A stretch of 59,420 nt of DNA from an archaeon (GCA_043806035.1 JAZDHK010000020.1:1-59420), one strand, 5' to 3'. Counted from the stretch's first letter, positions 27,669-38,045 are shown. The notes: a model not told the origin generated them from the letters alone. Program-made: numbers and translations.

Positions 27669-27841
27669 TTCTTGCCACCCCGCCTTTGGAATTCTACATA
27701 CCAGCGTTTCTTGGCAGCATCATACGAGAAAACGACATCCTGCTTCTTTGCAAGATCGAGGTCAAAAAGGAGCGGCATAGGAATGGTTGTCTCGAAGCTG
27801 CTGCCTCGCGTGTAGAGTTTCCTGCGTAACTGCATGGCCAT
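27665..27841 (-). CDS. Small AbrB/MazE-like DNA-binding protein
   Basis: RKLYTRGSSFETTIPMPL swapped-hairpin pattern; GAGGT RBS before ATG 27841; ATGA overlap with next gene. Confidence 0.65.
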   Translation of the reverse strand: MAMQLRRKLYTRGSSFETTIPMPLLFDLDLAKKQDVVFSYDAAKKRWYVEFQRRGGKK

Positions 27842-28074
27842 TACCTCTTCCCAGGAAATGCCCTTTTTAAATTTACTTATTTTGATACTTATTTTTTTAC
27901 TTATCTCTTCGTAAGCAAAGCGAACAGAGCTGAAAATTGAATTTGAAAAAATGTGCGCTGAGCATTCTTCCATCACGGTTAATTACTCTGAGCTGAAGCC
28001 GAGAATGCAGCATAGTCATGCATTGTAGATACAGTCCGAGGAAAAGAGAAGTAAATTTTTCAGGGAAGCCAATA

Positions 28075-28341
28075 TCATTTAAATGTAAATCCACACGTAT
28101 CTTTAGTTATGAACTCGGATTCTGTTCTGGGATATTTTCTACAGTTTAATGGTCGTATGGGATGAATAGAACAATAGGATTTACCATTTGATGTACATCT
28201 CAAAAAAGGACACACGTTTGGTAATGTACAACATACGCCACAAGCAATACACCTGCCCGTTCTATTTTTGGCGACAGGCAATAGAGAAGTGCATGTTCTT
28301 TTCATTTTTGCAGACCACGTATTCTTTTTTTTATCAGCCAC
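28075..28341 (-). CDS. YkgJ-like Cys-cluster protein
   Basis: CIACGVCC..CPFL..CSIH..RPLNCRKYP; AT-rich. Confidence 0.7.
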   Translation of the reverse strand: MADKKKNTWSAKMKRTCTSLLPVAKNRTGRCIACGVCCTLPNVCPFLRCTSNGKSYCSIHPIRPLNCRKYPRTESEFITKDTCGFTFK

Positions 28342-28457
28342 GAGACTATTTACACTAAAATATTTATAAATGTTGACGTTCCATTAAGAAAAATATATTA
28401 CAAGTAACAAGCATCAAACAAAATACATTCTCCAACAGGTAAACAATTGGTTGTGGC

Positions 28458-29060
28458 TCACCGCTTCAAAGCAAGTTCATAATTCTTCTCGACCTGTTCC
28501 CAATTGACTACATTCCACCAAGCATCAACGTAATCCGCACGTCTATTGAAATATCGTAAATAATAACTATGTTCCCACACATCGATGCAGAGCAATGGTT
28601 TTTTTCCGTCGCTGAGCGGGCAGTCCTGGTTGCTTGTTTTCACAATCTCCAACTTGCCCTTGGTGAGCACAAGCCATGCCCATCCCGAACCAAACTGACC
28701 GAGGACTGCCGCCGTGAACTGCTCCTTGAATTTCTCGAAAGAGCCAAAGTCCTTGTCGATGGCCGTGGCGATACCGCTGCTGATGGGAACGTCTTTCTTG
28801 AGAATGGTCCAGAAGAAGTTGTGGTTGAAGACGCCTCCGCCGTGGTTGCGCACGGCAGTCCTGATGGATTCGGGGACGTGATCAAGATCAGCCATCAGCT
28901 TTTCCACAGGCCACGACTCGACAGCTGATCCCTTGACTGCTTCGTTGAGCTTGTCGACGTACGTCTGATGATGCTTATCATGATGCAAGATCATGGTCTG
29001 CTCATCGATGAACGGCTCCAATGCGTTGTACGCATAAGCTAGTTTTGGCAACACATGCAT
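28458..29060 (-). CDS. sodA: Fe/Mn superoxide dismutase
   Basis: [34 protein letters not shown]; GGAGGTG RBS before ATG 29060; metal specificity not certain. Confidence 0.93.
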   Translation of the reverse strand: MHVLPKLAYAYNALEPFIDEQTMILHHDKHHQTYVDKLNEAVKGSAVESWPVEKLMADLDHVPESIRTAVRNHGGGVFNHNFFWTILKKDVPISSGIATAIDKDFGSFEKFKEQFTAAVLGQFGSGWAWLVLTKGKLEIVKTSNQDCPLSDGKKPLLCIDVWEHSYYLRYFNRRADYVDAWWNVVNWEQVEKNYELALKR

Positions 29061-29131
29061 GTTCACACCTCCAAACAATGCAGAATACAAAAAGTTAACT
29101 ATAGTTAATTTTTAAAGGTTTCGGAGGATAC

Positions 29132-30925
29132 CTATGCTTTCTTCTCATGTTCCTTATGTCCATGATGCCGTCTGTGCCCGCGCAAGAGCGCCCCGCACTT
29201 CTTGCACTTCCTCGCGAAGGGCGGATTCTTGTGCTTGCAGTCAGGACATTTCTTCCTGCCGAAGATGAACAAGGCCAGGAGCAGCAGGACGAGGATGATG
29301 AGTATGTACAGGATAATGTCGAGTCTGGCGAAGGCGAAAGCAAATTCGGCATATGTTGTCTTGATGAGTGAATTTTGGCGAGCGCCATAATATGCCTTGG
29401 TCCTGACGAGTTGGTTGTCGGCGACGTCTTGATCACTAAGTACTGCAGGAATTTCTAATACCTTGTTTTTTCCTGGGGCGAGCAGTTCTTCTGTGCTGGC
29501 GAGCAAGGAAGGCTCTCCGTTGACGATGACGTCTTGCATCTCTGCAAAGACGTACGTGTCGATCTCGCCGATGTTCTTTACCGTGACGAGGAACATGTGC
29601 CTAAGTCGGTCGTAAGCGACATTTTCTATGGTGAGTTTTGTGTCATCGAGGACGCTGATATAGCTCACTTGGAAATTGCCTTGCAGTCTGAATTCGAGGC
29701 TGCCCCGAGACTCTCCGAAGATTGTGTCTATGCTGCCGTTGGCAGTGTCACTTTCCAAGAGCAACGGTTTTCCATCCGTTGTCGTCGTGTACAGGAATGT
29801 CTTGTACTGGTTCTTGTCGATGAACTGCACGTCAGCATCGCCGACGATGAATGTCTGGTCTCCCGCATTGATCCGTATGGTGCTTTTGAGGAACGTGCCG
29901 ATATCGACGTTGTTCTTGAACGTCACTTCCAACGTGTTCGTCGCCTTATTGTAGAGTATAGTGTAGAGTTGCAGGTCAAGCACATAACTTGGCATGGGAA
30001 ACCTGTCTAGGTCCTCGACCGTGGTGACTGGTCCTGATGGTGTCCTTGCACCTTGCGCGAACTTGACGAAGACGCTCACCCCTATCTCTCGTCGCACCGT
30101 TGTTGCGGAACCGATGAGTTCGTTGCCGATAAGGATGGCAACATCAATATTGCTGTCCTTGATGAACGTTTTTATCTGGTCGGGAACGTTGCCTCTGCCC
30201 ACGAACAGGACAGGATCTGCACCGGACACGATACCATTCTCGATGAATTCACCATTGCTCAGCACCACTTGACGGGTTGGTTTTTTCTGCAAGTATCTCT
30301 TGACGATCTCGATATTGTTCTGAAATCTGTCTCCCGTGTTAATGTATTCGGGATTAAAGCGGGCGAGGGCGGTCTTGACACGTGCATCGACCTGACCATA
30401 AATGATAACGCTCTGCGAATTCTTCGATGCAAGAAAACTTTCGACGGATCGCGCATTCCGTTCATTGGCAAAGAGCACGTAATAGTCGTCAATGGCAGCA
30501 TAGCTGGCGACAGAAATGGCATTGTAACCGTATGCACCATCAACCACGATGTACTTGTTAACACTAGTGAGCCGCCTGGCCAGATCCAAATTCATGCTGC
30601 TAAGCGATAGTTCTTGCACGTCAAAGCCGAAATTTTCCAGCACCGTCCGATAGCCGACGATATAGGGATTCCTCTGGCTGCTGAACACAACCACTGATCT
30701 GTCTTTAGGGATGGCAAAAGGAAGAACGGGTCCGTGTGCCGAGCTTGAGAGAAAGTTGGAAGGCATATTCTGCAGGTTCGCGTATTCGACAGCAGAATAG
30801 ACGTCTTGCCAGTCAGCACTGTTGACGACAACATGGTCTGCAGTCTCGACTTTTGTTGCTGCGAGGGCAACACTTATACTGCAAAGAAACAAGAGAAAAA
30901 AAACGTATCCTTTCATCAGTGCCAC
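29132..30925 (-). CDS. Surface protein with cell-wall-binding-repeat-2-like region, TM and C-terminal zinc ribbon
   Basis: Signal peptide, alpha/beta repeats (VVVNSADWQD, IVVDGAYG, VVLSNG), Ig-like domains, TM, CPDCKHKNPPFARKCKKCG. Confidence 0.7.
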   Translation of the reverse strand: MALMKGYVFFLLFLCSISVALAATKVETADHVVVNSADWQDVYSAVEYANLQNMPSNFLSSSAHGPVLPFAIPKDRSVVVFSSQRNPYIVGYRTVLENFGFDVQELSLSSMNLDLARRLTSVNKYIVVDGAYGYNAISVASYAAIDDYYVLFANERNARSVESFLASKNSQSVIIYGQVDARVKTALARFNPEYINTGDRFQNNIEIVKRYLQKKPTRQVVLSNGEFIENGIVSGADPVLFVGRGNVPDQIKTFIKDSNIDVAILIGNELIGSATTVRREIGVSVFVKFAQGARTPSGPVTTVEDLDRFPMPSYVLDLQLYTILYNKATNTLEVTFKNNVDIGTFLKSTIRINAGDQTFIVGDADVQFIDKNQYKTFLYTTTTDGKPLLLESDTANGSIDTIFGESRGSLEFRLQGNFQVSYISVLDDTKLTIENVAYDRLRHMFLVTVKNIGEIDTYVFAEMQDVIVNGEPSLLASTEELLAPGKNKVLEIPAVLSDQDVADNQLVRTKAYYGARQNSLIKTTYAEFAFAFARLDIILYILIILVLLLLALFIFGRKKCPDCKHKNPPFARKCKKCGALLRGHRRHHGHKEHEKKA

Positions 30926-30976
30926 CCGCAGGATTGCTCACTCAAGACTATATAAATCTTTTGCCCACATCCAACA

Positions 30977-31945
30977 TCACGGCGCTTCTGCCGAGAAGAT
31001 GACCCATCCATTGCACACGCCATACGGGTTGATGGTTGTGGGCAGATAGACTTGCCAGTAGGTGACATTGGTTATCGTCTGGTTCTCATCCGTTGGTCGA
31101 GGTATGGTAAGATTGGCTAGTTTCTGCACTGTGCCGTTGAGCGCCATCTTCTCCGTGAAGTTAGCGCTCTCATTGATACTGACTGCCTCATACTGTACAG
31201 AGATGTTCCATGCAGAAACGCTGGAATTACAGACGAATGCCAAATTATCTCCACGAACATTACCATAACCTTGCACCGTGAGGTTTATAGGAACGTTGCC
31301 GAAATTCGTCACGTTGGACGTAATATTTCCCGAATACTCTCCCACACCCATCTGTCCATAATCTATACCATCCGTGACGTTGAGCGCAAAGAGTTTGTCA
31401 ACAATGGTACTATTGCTCTTGTTCACCGTATAATTCTGCTGACCCGTGTAGTCTCCTCGCGTATCGAGCACGAATGCCGTGCAATTCCACGTACCGTTGT
31501 TGGCAAAGTAATACACGTCAAATGTACAGGTGTAGTTTGCATAGACGTTGTTCTGCCCGTACGGTCCTGCAACGAGGGGACAGCTCGTGTTCGTATAATG
31601 GCTGCTGTTCAGGTCAGGATCGAACACACTGGTGTTGACACTGTAGAAGAACGATGCATTGAGCGTGATGTTATCATCGATGCCATTCCAGTCACGCACA
31701 GTAACGTTGCAGAGCACTTGCCTGGTCAGTCCTGCATTAAGCGTGATGTTGGTGATGTATGGCGTGATGTTCTCATCAACGATGATACGCATAATCTCAG
31801 GCTGTGCACTCGTGACGTTCACTGTCGTGTGGACAGTGACATTCTTGTAATTGCTGCCGACAACATTATCCGCCCAGACAGAGCCGAGCAAGCCAACTAC
31901 CACCAGCACGCCCATGATAATGACCAAGATGTGTTCTTCTTTCAT
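30977..31945 (-). CDS. Family A secreted subunit-like protein
   Basis: Start MKEEHIL; GPYGQNNVYANY, LFALNVTDGIDYG, CNGWVIFSAEAP. Confidence 0.85.
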   Translation of the reverse strand: MKEEHILVIIMGVLVVVGLLGSVWADNVVGSNYKNVTVHTTVNVTSAQPEIMRIIVDENITPYITNITLNAGLTRQVLCNVTVRDWNGIDDNITLNASFFYSVNTSVFDPDLNSSHYTNTSCPLVAGPYGQNNVYANYTCTFDVYYFANNGTWNCTAFVLDTRGDYTGQQNYTVNKSNSTIVDKLFALNVTDGIDYGQMGVGEYSGNITSNVTNFGNVPINLTVQGYGNVRGDNLAFVCNSSVSAWNISVQYEAVSINESANFTEKMALNGTVQKLANLTIPRPTDENQTITNVTYWQVYLPTTINPYGVCNGWVIFSAEAP

Positions 31946-31949
31946 GGTT

Positions 31950-32666
31950 TCACCCGAGCTCCACCCAAAAATAGTACGGCGTTGCTGTCCCAGTAGATTT
32001 GTTCTGGGGAACGATAATCTGGAAGTCAAAAGTCGTTTCGTTGTCGTATCCTTGTCCGTCGTTCTCAAGCAAGGAGACAAACACCGTATTCGTGCCATCA
32101 AACCCAACAATTTCCTGGAAGGTTGCCGACGGCATGGCTACGGCCTGGGCGCTATCGTTTACATACAGGGCTTTGCTCTTGCAGCCGCTGATGTTCCTCG
32201 TTCCGGTAAGGAAGCTGCGATGCGTCGTCTCGTTAAAAGTTCGGTTGATGTTGTCAGAGTCAGAGCTCGCGAATCCGAGCAAACTCTCTTCACTAGTGAC
32301 GTTCGCGTCCAAAGAGCAGTTCAGGCTCGACCACGTAACACTATCAACTCTTGACACATACAATTCTCCTGCCAGGCTGACGATGGACCAGTCATAGATG
32401 GTCTTGTTTTGCGCATCATCCAACGTGAGCGACCCGGAAATGTTACCCACGTATGCCTTCCAGTTCGTGTTTTGTTGGATGGAGGAGATCACCATGGTCG
32501 TTATGGTACCTCCCGTATCTGTCCTGTTCGCGGCAGTGTCGTTCACTCGTTGGCTCGTCGATGCATCCGAAATGCTCGTTCCGGAGGGTTCAGCGATGAT
32601 ACTAGGCAAAAGTATTATGGCTAGCACTATCAGCATCACCAACCATGCGGTTCTCATCGCGTTCAT
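31950..32666 (-). CDS. Family B secreted subunit-like protein
   Basis: Signal peptide, GGTITT, WKAYVGNISG, GELYVSR, FDFQIIV, YYFWVELG. Confidence 0.85.
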   Translation of the reverse strand: MNAMRTAWLVMLIVLAIILLPSIIAEPSGTSISDASTSQRVNDTAANRTDTGGTITTMVISSIQQNTNWKAYVGNISGSLTLDDAQNKTIYDWSIVSLAGELYVSRVDSVTWSSLNCSLDANVTSEESLLGFASSDSDNINRTFNETTHRSFLTGTRNISGCKSKALYVNDSAQAVAMPSATFQEIVGFDGTNTVFVSLLENDGQGYDNETTFDFQIIVPQNKSTGTATPYYFWVELG

Positions 32667-32680
32667 GTTCCCATCTCCGT

Positions 32681-33397
32681 TTAGCTGAGTTCCACCCAGA
32701 AGTAGTAAGGTGTCACACTGCTTGCCGCATCTCCGTGTCCGTCCTCTCCCACGATCAGTTCGAAGTCGACAGCTTCTGCGTTGAATCCGCTTGCACCATT
32801 CTCAAGGATGGTGGTGTAGACCGTGCTGTCGGCGTTGTCTGAAAGTAGGACGTTCCAGAACATGCTGGTCTGCTCGCCGGATGCATTGTTCAGGGTTACT
32901 GACTTGCATCCAGTAATGTTGTTGGATCCGAGCAGGAACCAGGGGTGCGAGGTGCTTCCGAACGTGTTCGTGACACTGTCACCGTCGGATGCTGAGTGCC
33001 CTAATGCCGTCTCTTCAAGAGTGACCTGTGTGCTGTTGCTGCAGTTCACAGTGGCCCAGGTGATACTGCTGTTTCTTGACGCATACACTTCACCTGAAGG
33101 ACTGGTGAGTGACCAATTGTACAGTCTATTGTTGCTGCCGTCGCTCAAGAGCAAATCTCCTGTGAGGTTACCAAAGTAACCTTGCCAAGACTTGGTCAGC
33201 TGATATGCTGAGATATCCAGTCTGGTGACGTTGCCTGCCTGTGCTGAGGCGTTCTGCGATGTTCCATCGACGTTGCCTCTGCTGCTTGTCCCTGACGTGA
33301 CCGTCGTCGGGTTGACGGGGTCAGCCGCGACTATGCCCGCAAGGAGCACTCCTGCGATTGCCAAAATGGCAAAGAGGAGCAGTGCTTTGTAGTTCAT
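32681..33397 (-). CDS. Family B secreted subunit-like protein
   Basis: AGNVT, WQGYFGNLTG, GEVYASR, YYFWVELS. Confidence 0.85.
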   Translation of the reverse strand: MNYKALLLFAILAIAGVLLAGIVAADPVNPTTVTSGTSSRGNVDGTSQNASAQAGNVTRLDISAYQLTKSWQGYFGNLTGDLLLSDGSNNRLYNWSLTSPSGEVYASRNSSITWATVNCSNSTQVTLEETALGHSASDGDSVTNTFGSTSHPWFLLGSNNITGCKSVTLNNASGEQTSMFWNVLLSDNADSTVYTTILENGASGFNAEAVDFELIVGEDGHGDAASSVTPYYFWVELS

Positions 33398-33984
33398 TTT
33401 TTCCCCTCCATTTCATATATCATGTAGAGATTCTTTTTGGGAATCTCGTCTTGACCAAGGATAACACACTTTATGGTGCGTTCTGTCCCTTCGTCATCGA
33501 CCGTGATGCTAGAATACTGTTTCTTGAGAAGCGCTTGATGCGCGGGCGGTGTCACTATATAGAGTGTGGGCTTGTCCGTGTCAAATAAAAGTTGGGTGAT
33601 GTTTTTGAGCTGTGGCTCGAGTTGCCAGAATGCTTTTTCGATCATATTGCAAAGAGCTTGCTCTTCGAGAAACCATATGCGCGCTATCGCTTTTTGTCGC
33701 GGTGTGAGGTTGAAGAATTTTTTGCTGACGAAGCCAGGGCTGCTGATGATGAAGAATGAATTGTTTCCCTTGAGGTTGTAGAGAATGCGTGGTTTGTCCT
33801 TGTCTCTATTAGATATGCGTCTGCTGCTGACAAATCCTGCAAGTTCGAGAAGCCGGAGCTGTTGGCTGATGTTGGCTACGGAGGTTTTGCTGGACTTGGC
33901 CAGTTCGATGGGACTTTTCTCGCCAGATCCCAGACTCTGGAGGATGTCCCACTTGCTGCTCGTAAAGAGCGTCTCTTGCTCCAT
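33394..33984 (-). CDS. ArsR-like winged-helix regulator
   Basis: KWDILQSL..SPIELAK..SVANISQQLRLLELAGFV; ATGA-coupled to a family B gene. Confidence 0.8.
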   Translation of the reverse strand: MEQETLFTSSKWDILQSLGSGEKSPIELAKSSKTSVANISQQLRLLELAGFVSSRRISNRDKDKPRILYNLKGNNSFFIISSPGFVSKKFFNLTPRQKAIARIWFLEEQALCNMIEKAFWQLEPQLKNITQLLFDTDKPTLYIVTPPAHQALLKKQYSSITVDDEGTERTIKCVILGQDEIPKKNLYMIYEMEGKK

Positions 33985-34084
33985 GTTGTCTCTTTGGCTT
34001 TCGCCGTCGTCACTGATGACGTTTTCCGTCGTTGCTTATCGTCGCTGTTGTGTGCACCAAGACCCACAGCACATGTCTTCTTGG

Positions 34085-34139
34085 TATACACTTTTGTATC
34101 CTGCTTTGTCTTTGTTATAACTAATATATAAATGTTTTT
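34085..34139 (-). promoter_or_regulatory. BRE-TATA plus putative operator
   Basis: Minus-strand AAAAACATTTATATA (34139-34125); plus-strand TATACActttTGTATC (34085-34100). Confidence 0.65.
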
Positions 34140-34338
34140 ATTTTTGCTGAAGTACTGTATCCTCTCAAATATAGATCGTGGTGTATTTCTGTAATCGTTA
34201 AAAAAGATTAAATTCAAGAAAATAGTAGATAAATAAGTAGAGAAAAAACAGAAAAATTGAAGTATATAAAACAATATATTTAATTAACTATTGAATCAGA
34301 GGGATAAAAAGCCCAAGAACACATAATGCATGAAGAAA

Positions 34339-35151
34339 TTAATCTTGAGAAAAAGCTTTTGCCTCATCAAGGATGCGAGTTGCCTTTTTCGGAGAAATGG
34401 CAAGAAGCTGGCTAAGCTCATCCCGCGCCATGACAGCTAACTGTTGAACAAGGACTATTTTGTGGGAAAGCAATTGCCTGTCCGATTTTCCATCGATTGA
34501 GTGCAACATGGTTATGGGATACAGCTTGAACGATTCTATATTCCGTTCAAGGCTGTCGTCAGGAGGATATTTCCAGCCCATAAGCTTCAGACCAACTCCT
34601 GTCGCGTACGTGATGATCTGCGGGCTGAATTTCGTGTTCGTGATAAGAAAGGGAGCAGTGAAGCGTTCCTGCACATCCAGAAAGCGGGCATAGACGTAGA
34701 GCGCAGTGTGTATGCTCGTCCCCGTCCAGGGCTTGATGTGATACTTGCATTCCACCATGAGCTTCTCTTTCTGCTTTTCCGCAACGACATCGATTTCATG
34801 GTCGATGAGCTTGCCCTGCACATGCTGATCAACGAGAATAGTGTAGCCTTTCTTCTTGAATATTTCTCCGATAAGCACTTCAAAGGGGAAACCGTCAGGC
34901 CCGAGCTGAAGTATGGCATTCTTCAATGCATATCGTGCTGACGTCATCGGTTGCCTGCTCTTGAATTCCTTGAGGACGAACTTGTAGAGGACTTTCGTCT
35001 CGATGCCTTCATACAAGAATGCCTTCACTTTCTCCAGAACTGCCGTGGCTGTTTCCTCGTCGGCACCGCTTGAATACAATGACTTGCGCAGCTTCTCTTC
35101 ATTGTACGGCTCGAGATCGCCGTTGAGCTTCTTGACGTTCACCACGTTCAT
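34339..35151 (-). CDS. ATP-cone domain plus Mrr-like restriction endonuclease
   Basis: VKKLNGDLEPYNEEKL ATP-cone; GFPFE, HEIDVVA..VECK PD-(D/E)xK motif. Confidence 0.85.
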   Translation of the reverse strand: MNVVNVKKLNGDLEPYNEEKLRKSLYSSGADEETATAVLEKVKAFLYEGIETKVLYKFVLKEFKSRQPMTSARYALKNAILQLGPDGFPFEVLIGEIFKKKGYTILVDQHVQGKLIDHEIDVVAEKQKEKLMVECKYHIKPWTGTSIHTALYVYARFLDVQERFTAPFLITNTKFSPQIITYATGVGLKLMGWKYPPDDSLERNIESFKLYPITMLHSIDGKSDRQLLSHKIVLVQQLAVMARDELSQLLAISPKKATRILDEAKAFSQD

Positions 35152-35216
35152 TCTGCACTGCCATGCTATTTATTGCTTTCGCTTTGCACACACAATCTCT
35201 AAAGACAACACAGCAA

Positions 35217-35561
35217 TCAGTACATTACTTCCTCAAAAAGATACACACCATTTGTTTTTATTCTGTACGAATTTTCGTAGAGTATCTCATCTATTGCTGT
35301 AGCGAACAGCCTCGTGTCGCGCCCATGATAGTCCGCCATATACTTACTGAGATTTCTTGCCTGGGATAATGTTCGTGCTATCCATATGCCGCCCCAGTCG
35401 CTCGGACCCTTCTGCAAAAAGCTGTCCGGCAACATGAACCATTCACTAGGAACGAACTGAAGAATGTGAGGGTTGTTTCGCAATCCCAGAGAACGCAGAT
35501 CAGGAGTCACTACCTTAAATCCGAGAAGATAGTCCTTCCCATCAAGCTCTATCTGCCGCAT
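35217..35561 (-). CDS. Hypothetical protein
   Basis: 114-aa ATG ORF with TATA-like TTTAATA upstream; no family recognised. Confidence 0.6.
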   Translation of the reverse strand: MRQIELDGKDYLLGFKVVTPDLRSLGLRNNPHILQFVPSEWFMLPDSFLQKGPSDWGGIWIARTLSQARNLSKYMADYHGRDTRLFATAIDEILYENSYRIKTNGVYLFEEVMY

Positions 35562-35682
35562 ACAGAACGAGAATGCAGAGGATATTAAATAGCTTCTCGT
35601 TGTCGAGAATCTGTAAGCACAGGAAGTGTGCAGTTCGCGTCCAAACAGAAAGACATATATTCAGTAATGTTGTTCTTAGAGT

Positions 35683-36198
35683 ATGAAAAAAGAAAGATGT
35701 TATGAACATTTTCCTTTCTGGATAGTAGTTCTTGCAAACGCTGTTTCACTAGCAACGTGCGTGATTGGCGCAGTCATACTCTATCAGCTCAGTCTTCTTT
35801 GGCTGATGCTCTATTTACTGTTCATAGTGGTCTTAGAATTTCGATTACTCCAGAGACACTGCGTCAATTGCTATTATTACGGAAAAACGTGCGCATTTGG
35901 GAAAGGAAGCATAAGCCGTATGTTGTTCAAAAAAGGAGATGCAAAAGAATTTTGTAAAAAGCAGATGTCGTGGAAGGATATTGTTCCTGACTTCATGATT
36001 TCACTCGTGCCCATGATTATTGGGAGCATACTTCTCATAAAAGATTTTGATTTGATTCTGCTGGTATCTGTTCTCATACTATTTATTTTGACTTTTGTAG
36101 GCAATGGCATAATCAGAGGCCAATTAGCTTGTAAGTACTGTAAACAAAGAGTAATCGGATGTCCTGCCGAGCAATTATTCAATGAAAAGAAAAAATAG
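35683..36198 (+). CDS. Four-TM membrane protein with Cys motifs
   Basis: Hydrophobic segments, CVNCYYYGKTC and CKYCKQRVIGCP; AT-rich. Confidence 0.75.
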   Translation: MKKERCYEHFPFWIVVLANAVSLATCVIGAVILYQLSLLWLMLYLLFIVVLEFRLLQRHCVNCYYYGKTCAFGKGSISRMLFKKGDAKEFCKKQMSWKDIVPDFMISLVPMIIGSILLIKDFDLILLVSVLILFILTFVGNGIIRGQLACKYCKQRVIGCPAEQLFNEKKK

Positions 36199-36224
36199 AA
36201 AAATCTGTTTTCTCTTCAGGACGT

Positions 36225-37367
36225 CTATTTGAGTCCCGCTGCCTTCTTCAGCAGCTCAGCCTTGTCCGTCTTCTCCCAGGGGAATTCTGGCCTGCCGAAG
36301 TGGCCGTACGCTGCGGTCTTCTTGTAGATGGGCCGTCGGAGCTGGAGCTGCTCGATAATAGCGTGCGGGCGCATGTCGAAGTGCTGCATGACTAATGCCG
36401 CTATTTTCTCGTCCGAAATGGTGCCTGTGCCGAAGCTGTCCACATTCACGCTTGTTGGTTTAGCAACGCCGATGCAGTAGCTTACTTGTACCTCGCATCG
36501 TTCAGCAAGCCCTGCAGCGACGATGTTCTTGGCGACATAGCGTGCCATGTACGCTCCGGATCTATCCACTTTAGAAGGATCTTTTCCAGAGAATGCTCCT
36601 CCACCGTGCCTACCTATCCCGCCATACGTGTCCACTATTATTTTCCTGCCCGTTACCCCGGTGTCTCCTTCAGGACCTCCAATGACGAATCGCCCTGTCG
36701 CGTTGATGTGGACTACAGTCGCTGGTGTCATCCACTGCCCACAGACGGGTATGATGACCTTATCCTTGATGAGCCTGCGCAATTCTTCTTCGGTTATGTC
36801 TTCCTTGTGCTGTTGGGCAATGACTACTGCAGTTAGGGCCTTTGGCTTGTTGTTCTCGTACAGCACGGAGACCTGTGATTTTCCGTCGGGACCGAGATGG
36901 GGTATGCTGCCGTCCTTTCTTACCTCGGCGAGCCGTTTCGTGAGCTTGTGTGCCATCATGATGGGGAAGGGCATGAGTTCTGGAGTTTCATTGCAGGCAT
37001 AGCCGTACATCATGCCTTGGTCGCCAGCTCCCTGGCTGAGATTATCCTGTACGCCTCGTGCAATATCGGGACTTTGGCTGTGGATGGCAATCCAGACGCC
37101 TGCGTCCTGCCAGTCTATGCCGAATGAAGGATCAGTATAGCCTATCTCGTGAAGGGTGTCTCGCACGATCTGTTGGACATCAACGTAAGCAGCGGTCGTT
37201 ATCTCTCCTGCGACGTGGACGCTGCCTGTCGTCGTCAAGCATTCTACCGCGACGTGGGCGTGTGGGTCTTGCTTGAGCAGTTCGTCGAGTATGGCATCGG
37301 ATATCTGGTCGCAGATCTTGTCCGGATGGCCTTCAGTGACGCTTTCTGACGTGTGGTATCGTTGCAT
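36225..37367 (-). CDS. metK: S-adenosylmethionine synthetase, bacterial type
   Basis: [56 protein letters not shown]. Confidence 0.97.
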   Translation of the reverse strand: MQRYHTSESVTEGHPDKICDQISDAILDELLKQDPHAHVAVECLTTTGSVHVAGEITTAAYVDVQQIVRDTLHEIGYTDPSFGIDWQDAGVWIAIHSQSPDIARGVQDNLSQGAGDQGMMYGYACNETPELMPFPIMMAHKLTKRLAEVRKDGSIPHLGPDGKSQVSVLYENNKPKALTAVVIAQQHKEDITEEELRRLIKDKVIIPVCGQWMTPATVVHINATGRFVIGGPEGDTGVTGRKIIVDTYGGIGRHGGGAFSGKDPSKVDRSGAYMARYVAKNIVAAGLAERCEVQVSYCIGVAKPTSVNVDSFGTGTISDEKIAALVMQHFDMRPHAIIEQLQLRRPIYKKTAAYGHFGRPEFPWEKTDKAELLKKAAGLK

Positions 37368-37475
37368 ATGTTTTCCCTCCTAAAACACGCGTTTTGCACG
37401 TTCTGCTTTATTAATATTCTGTCTTAATTTATTCCTATACGAATATTTATATAGGTGTGCTGCTCAAAGAGACGC

Positions 37476-38036
37476 ATGCTGCAGCTGTTCGATATCCATT
37501 CTATTGCACAGGCACGCAAACGCGTCCAGTGGACACAGCAGGAGCTTGCGCAGAAGGCAGGGGTCAGCCAGAGTTATATAGCGAAAGTAGAGAATAGAAC
37601 GCTCGAGCCCACGTACACGAATGCAATCCGCATCGTTGATGTGCTGCAGCATGCTAAGCATGCGCAAGAACCCCTCGCACGAGATATGATGCATAAAGGC
37701 ATAATAGGAATAACGGAAAAGAGCAGCGTGCAGCACGCATTGGATATGATGCGCAAACACGCCATCAGCCAGCTTCCCGTACTCCAACACAACTACGTGC
37801 GGGGCCTGTTGAGCGAATCAGACATTCTCGATCAGGTGGGGAAGAACATGAAAGACATTCGTGTCGGTGAGGTCATGCAGGGGTCGCCGCCGAGCATTCC
37901 CTCATCATCAAGCAGGGACATCGTCATCGCCCTGCTGCACGAGCATCCCTTGCTCATTATCACCGAAGGAAAAAAGCTTGCAGGAGTCATCACGAAAGCG
38001 GATGCAGTCGCAACATTTAAGAAACAGCCCGACTGA
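37476..38036 (+). CDS. XRE-HTH plus CBS domain regulator
   Basis: TQQELAQKAGVSQSYIAKVE followed by a CBS pair (ISQLPV, GVITKAD). Confidence 0.88.
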   Translation: MLQLFDIHSIAQARKRVQWTQQELAQKAGVSQSYIAKVENRTLEPTYTNAIRIVDVLQHAKHAQEPLARDMMHKGIIGITEKSSVQHALDMMRKHAISQLPVLQHNYVRGLLSESDILDQVGKNMKDIRVGEVMQGSPPSIPSSSSRDIVIALLHEHPLLIITEGKKLAGVITKADAVATFKKQPD

Positions 38037-38045
38037 GGAGAGCAC

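Noticed and set aside
29170-29260. Ribosomal protein L40e
   Set aside because: Similar zinc ribbon but fused in frame after the TM of a 597-aa surface protein
20149-31597. Diversity-generating retroelement TR/VR pair
   Set aside because: Both copies are coding, mismatches are synonymous and not adenine-specific, and no reverse transcriptase is present in the window
30977-33397. Type IV pilins or archaellins
   Set aside because: No class III signal peptide; leaders look like ordinary Sec signals, and no pilus ATPase is nearby
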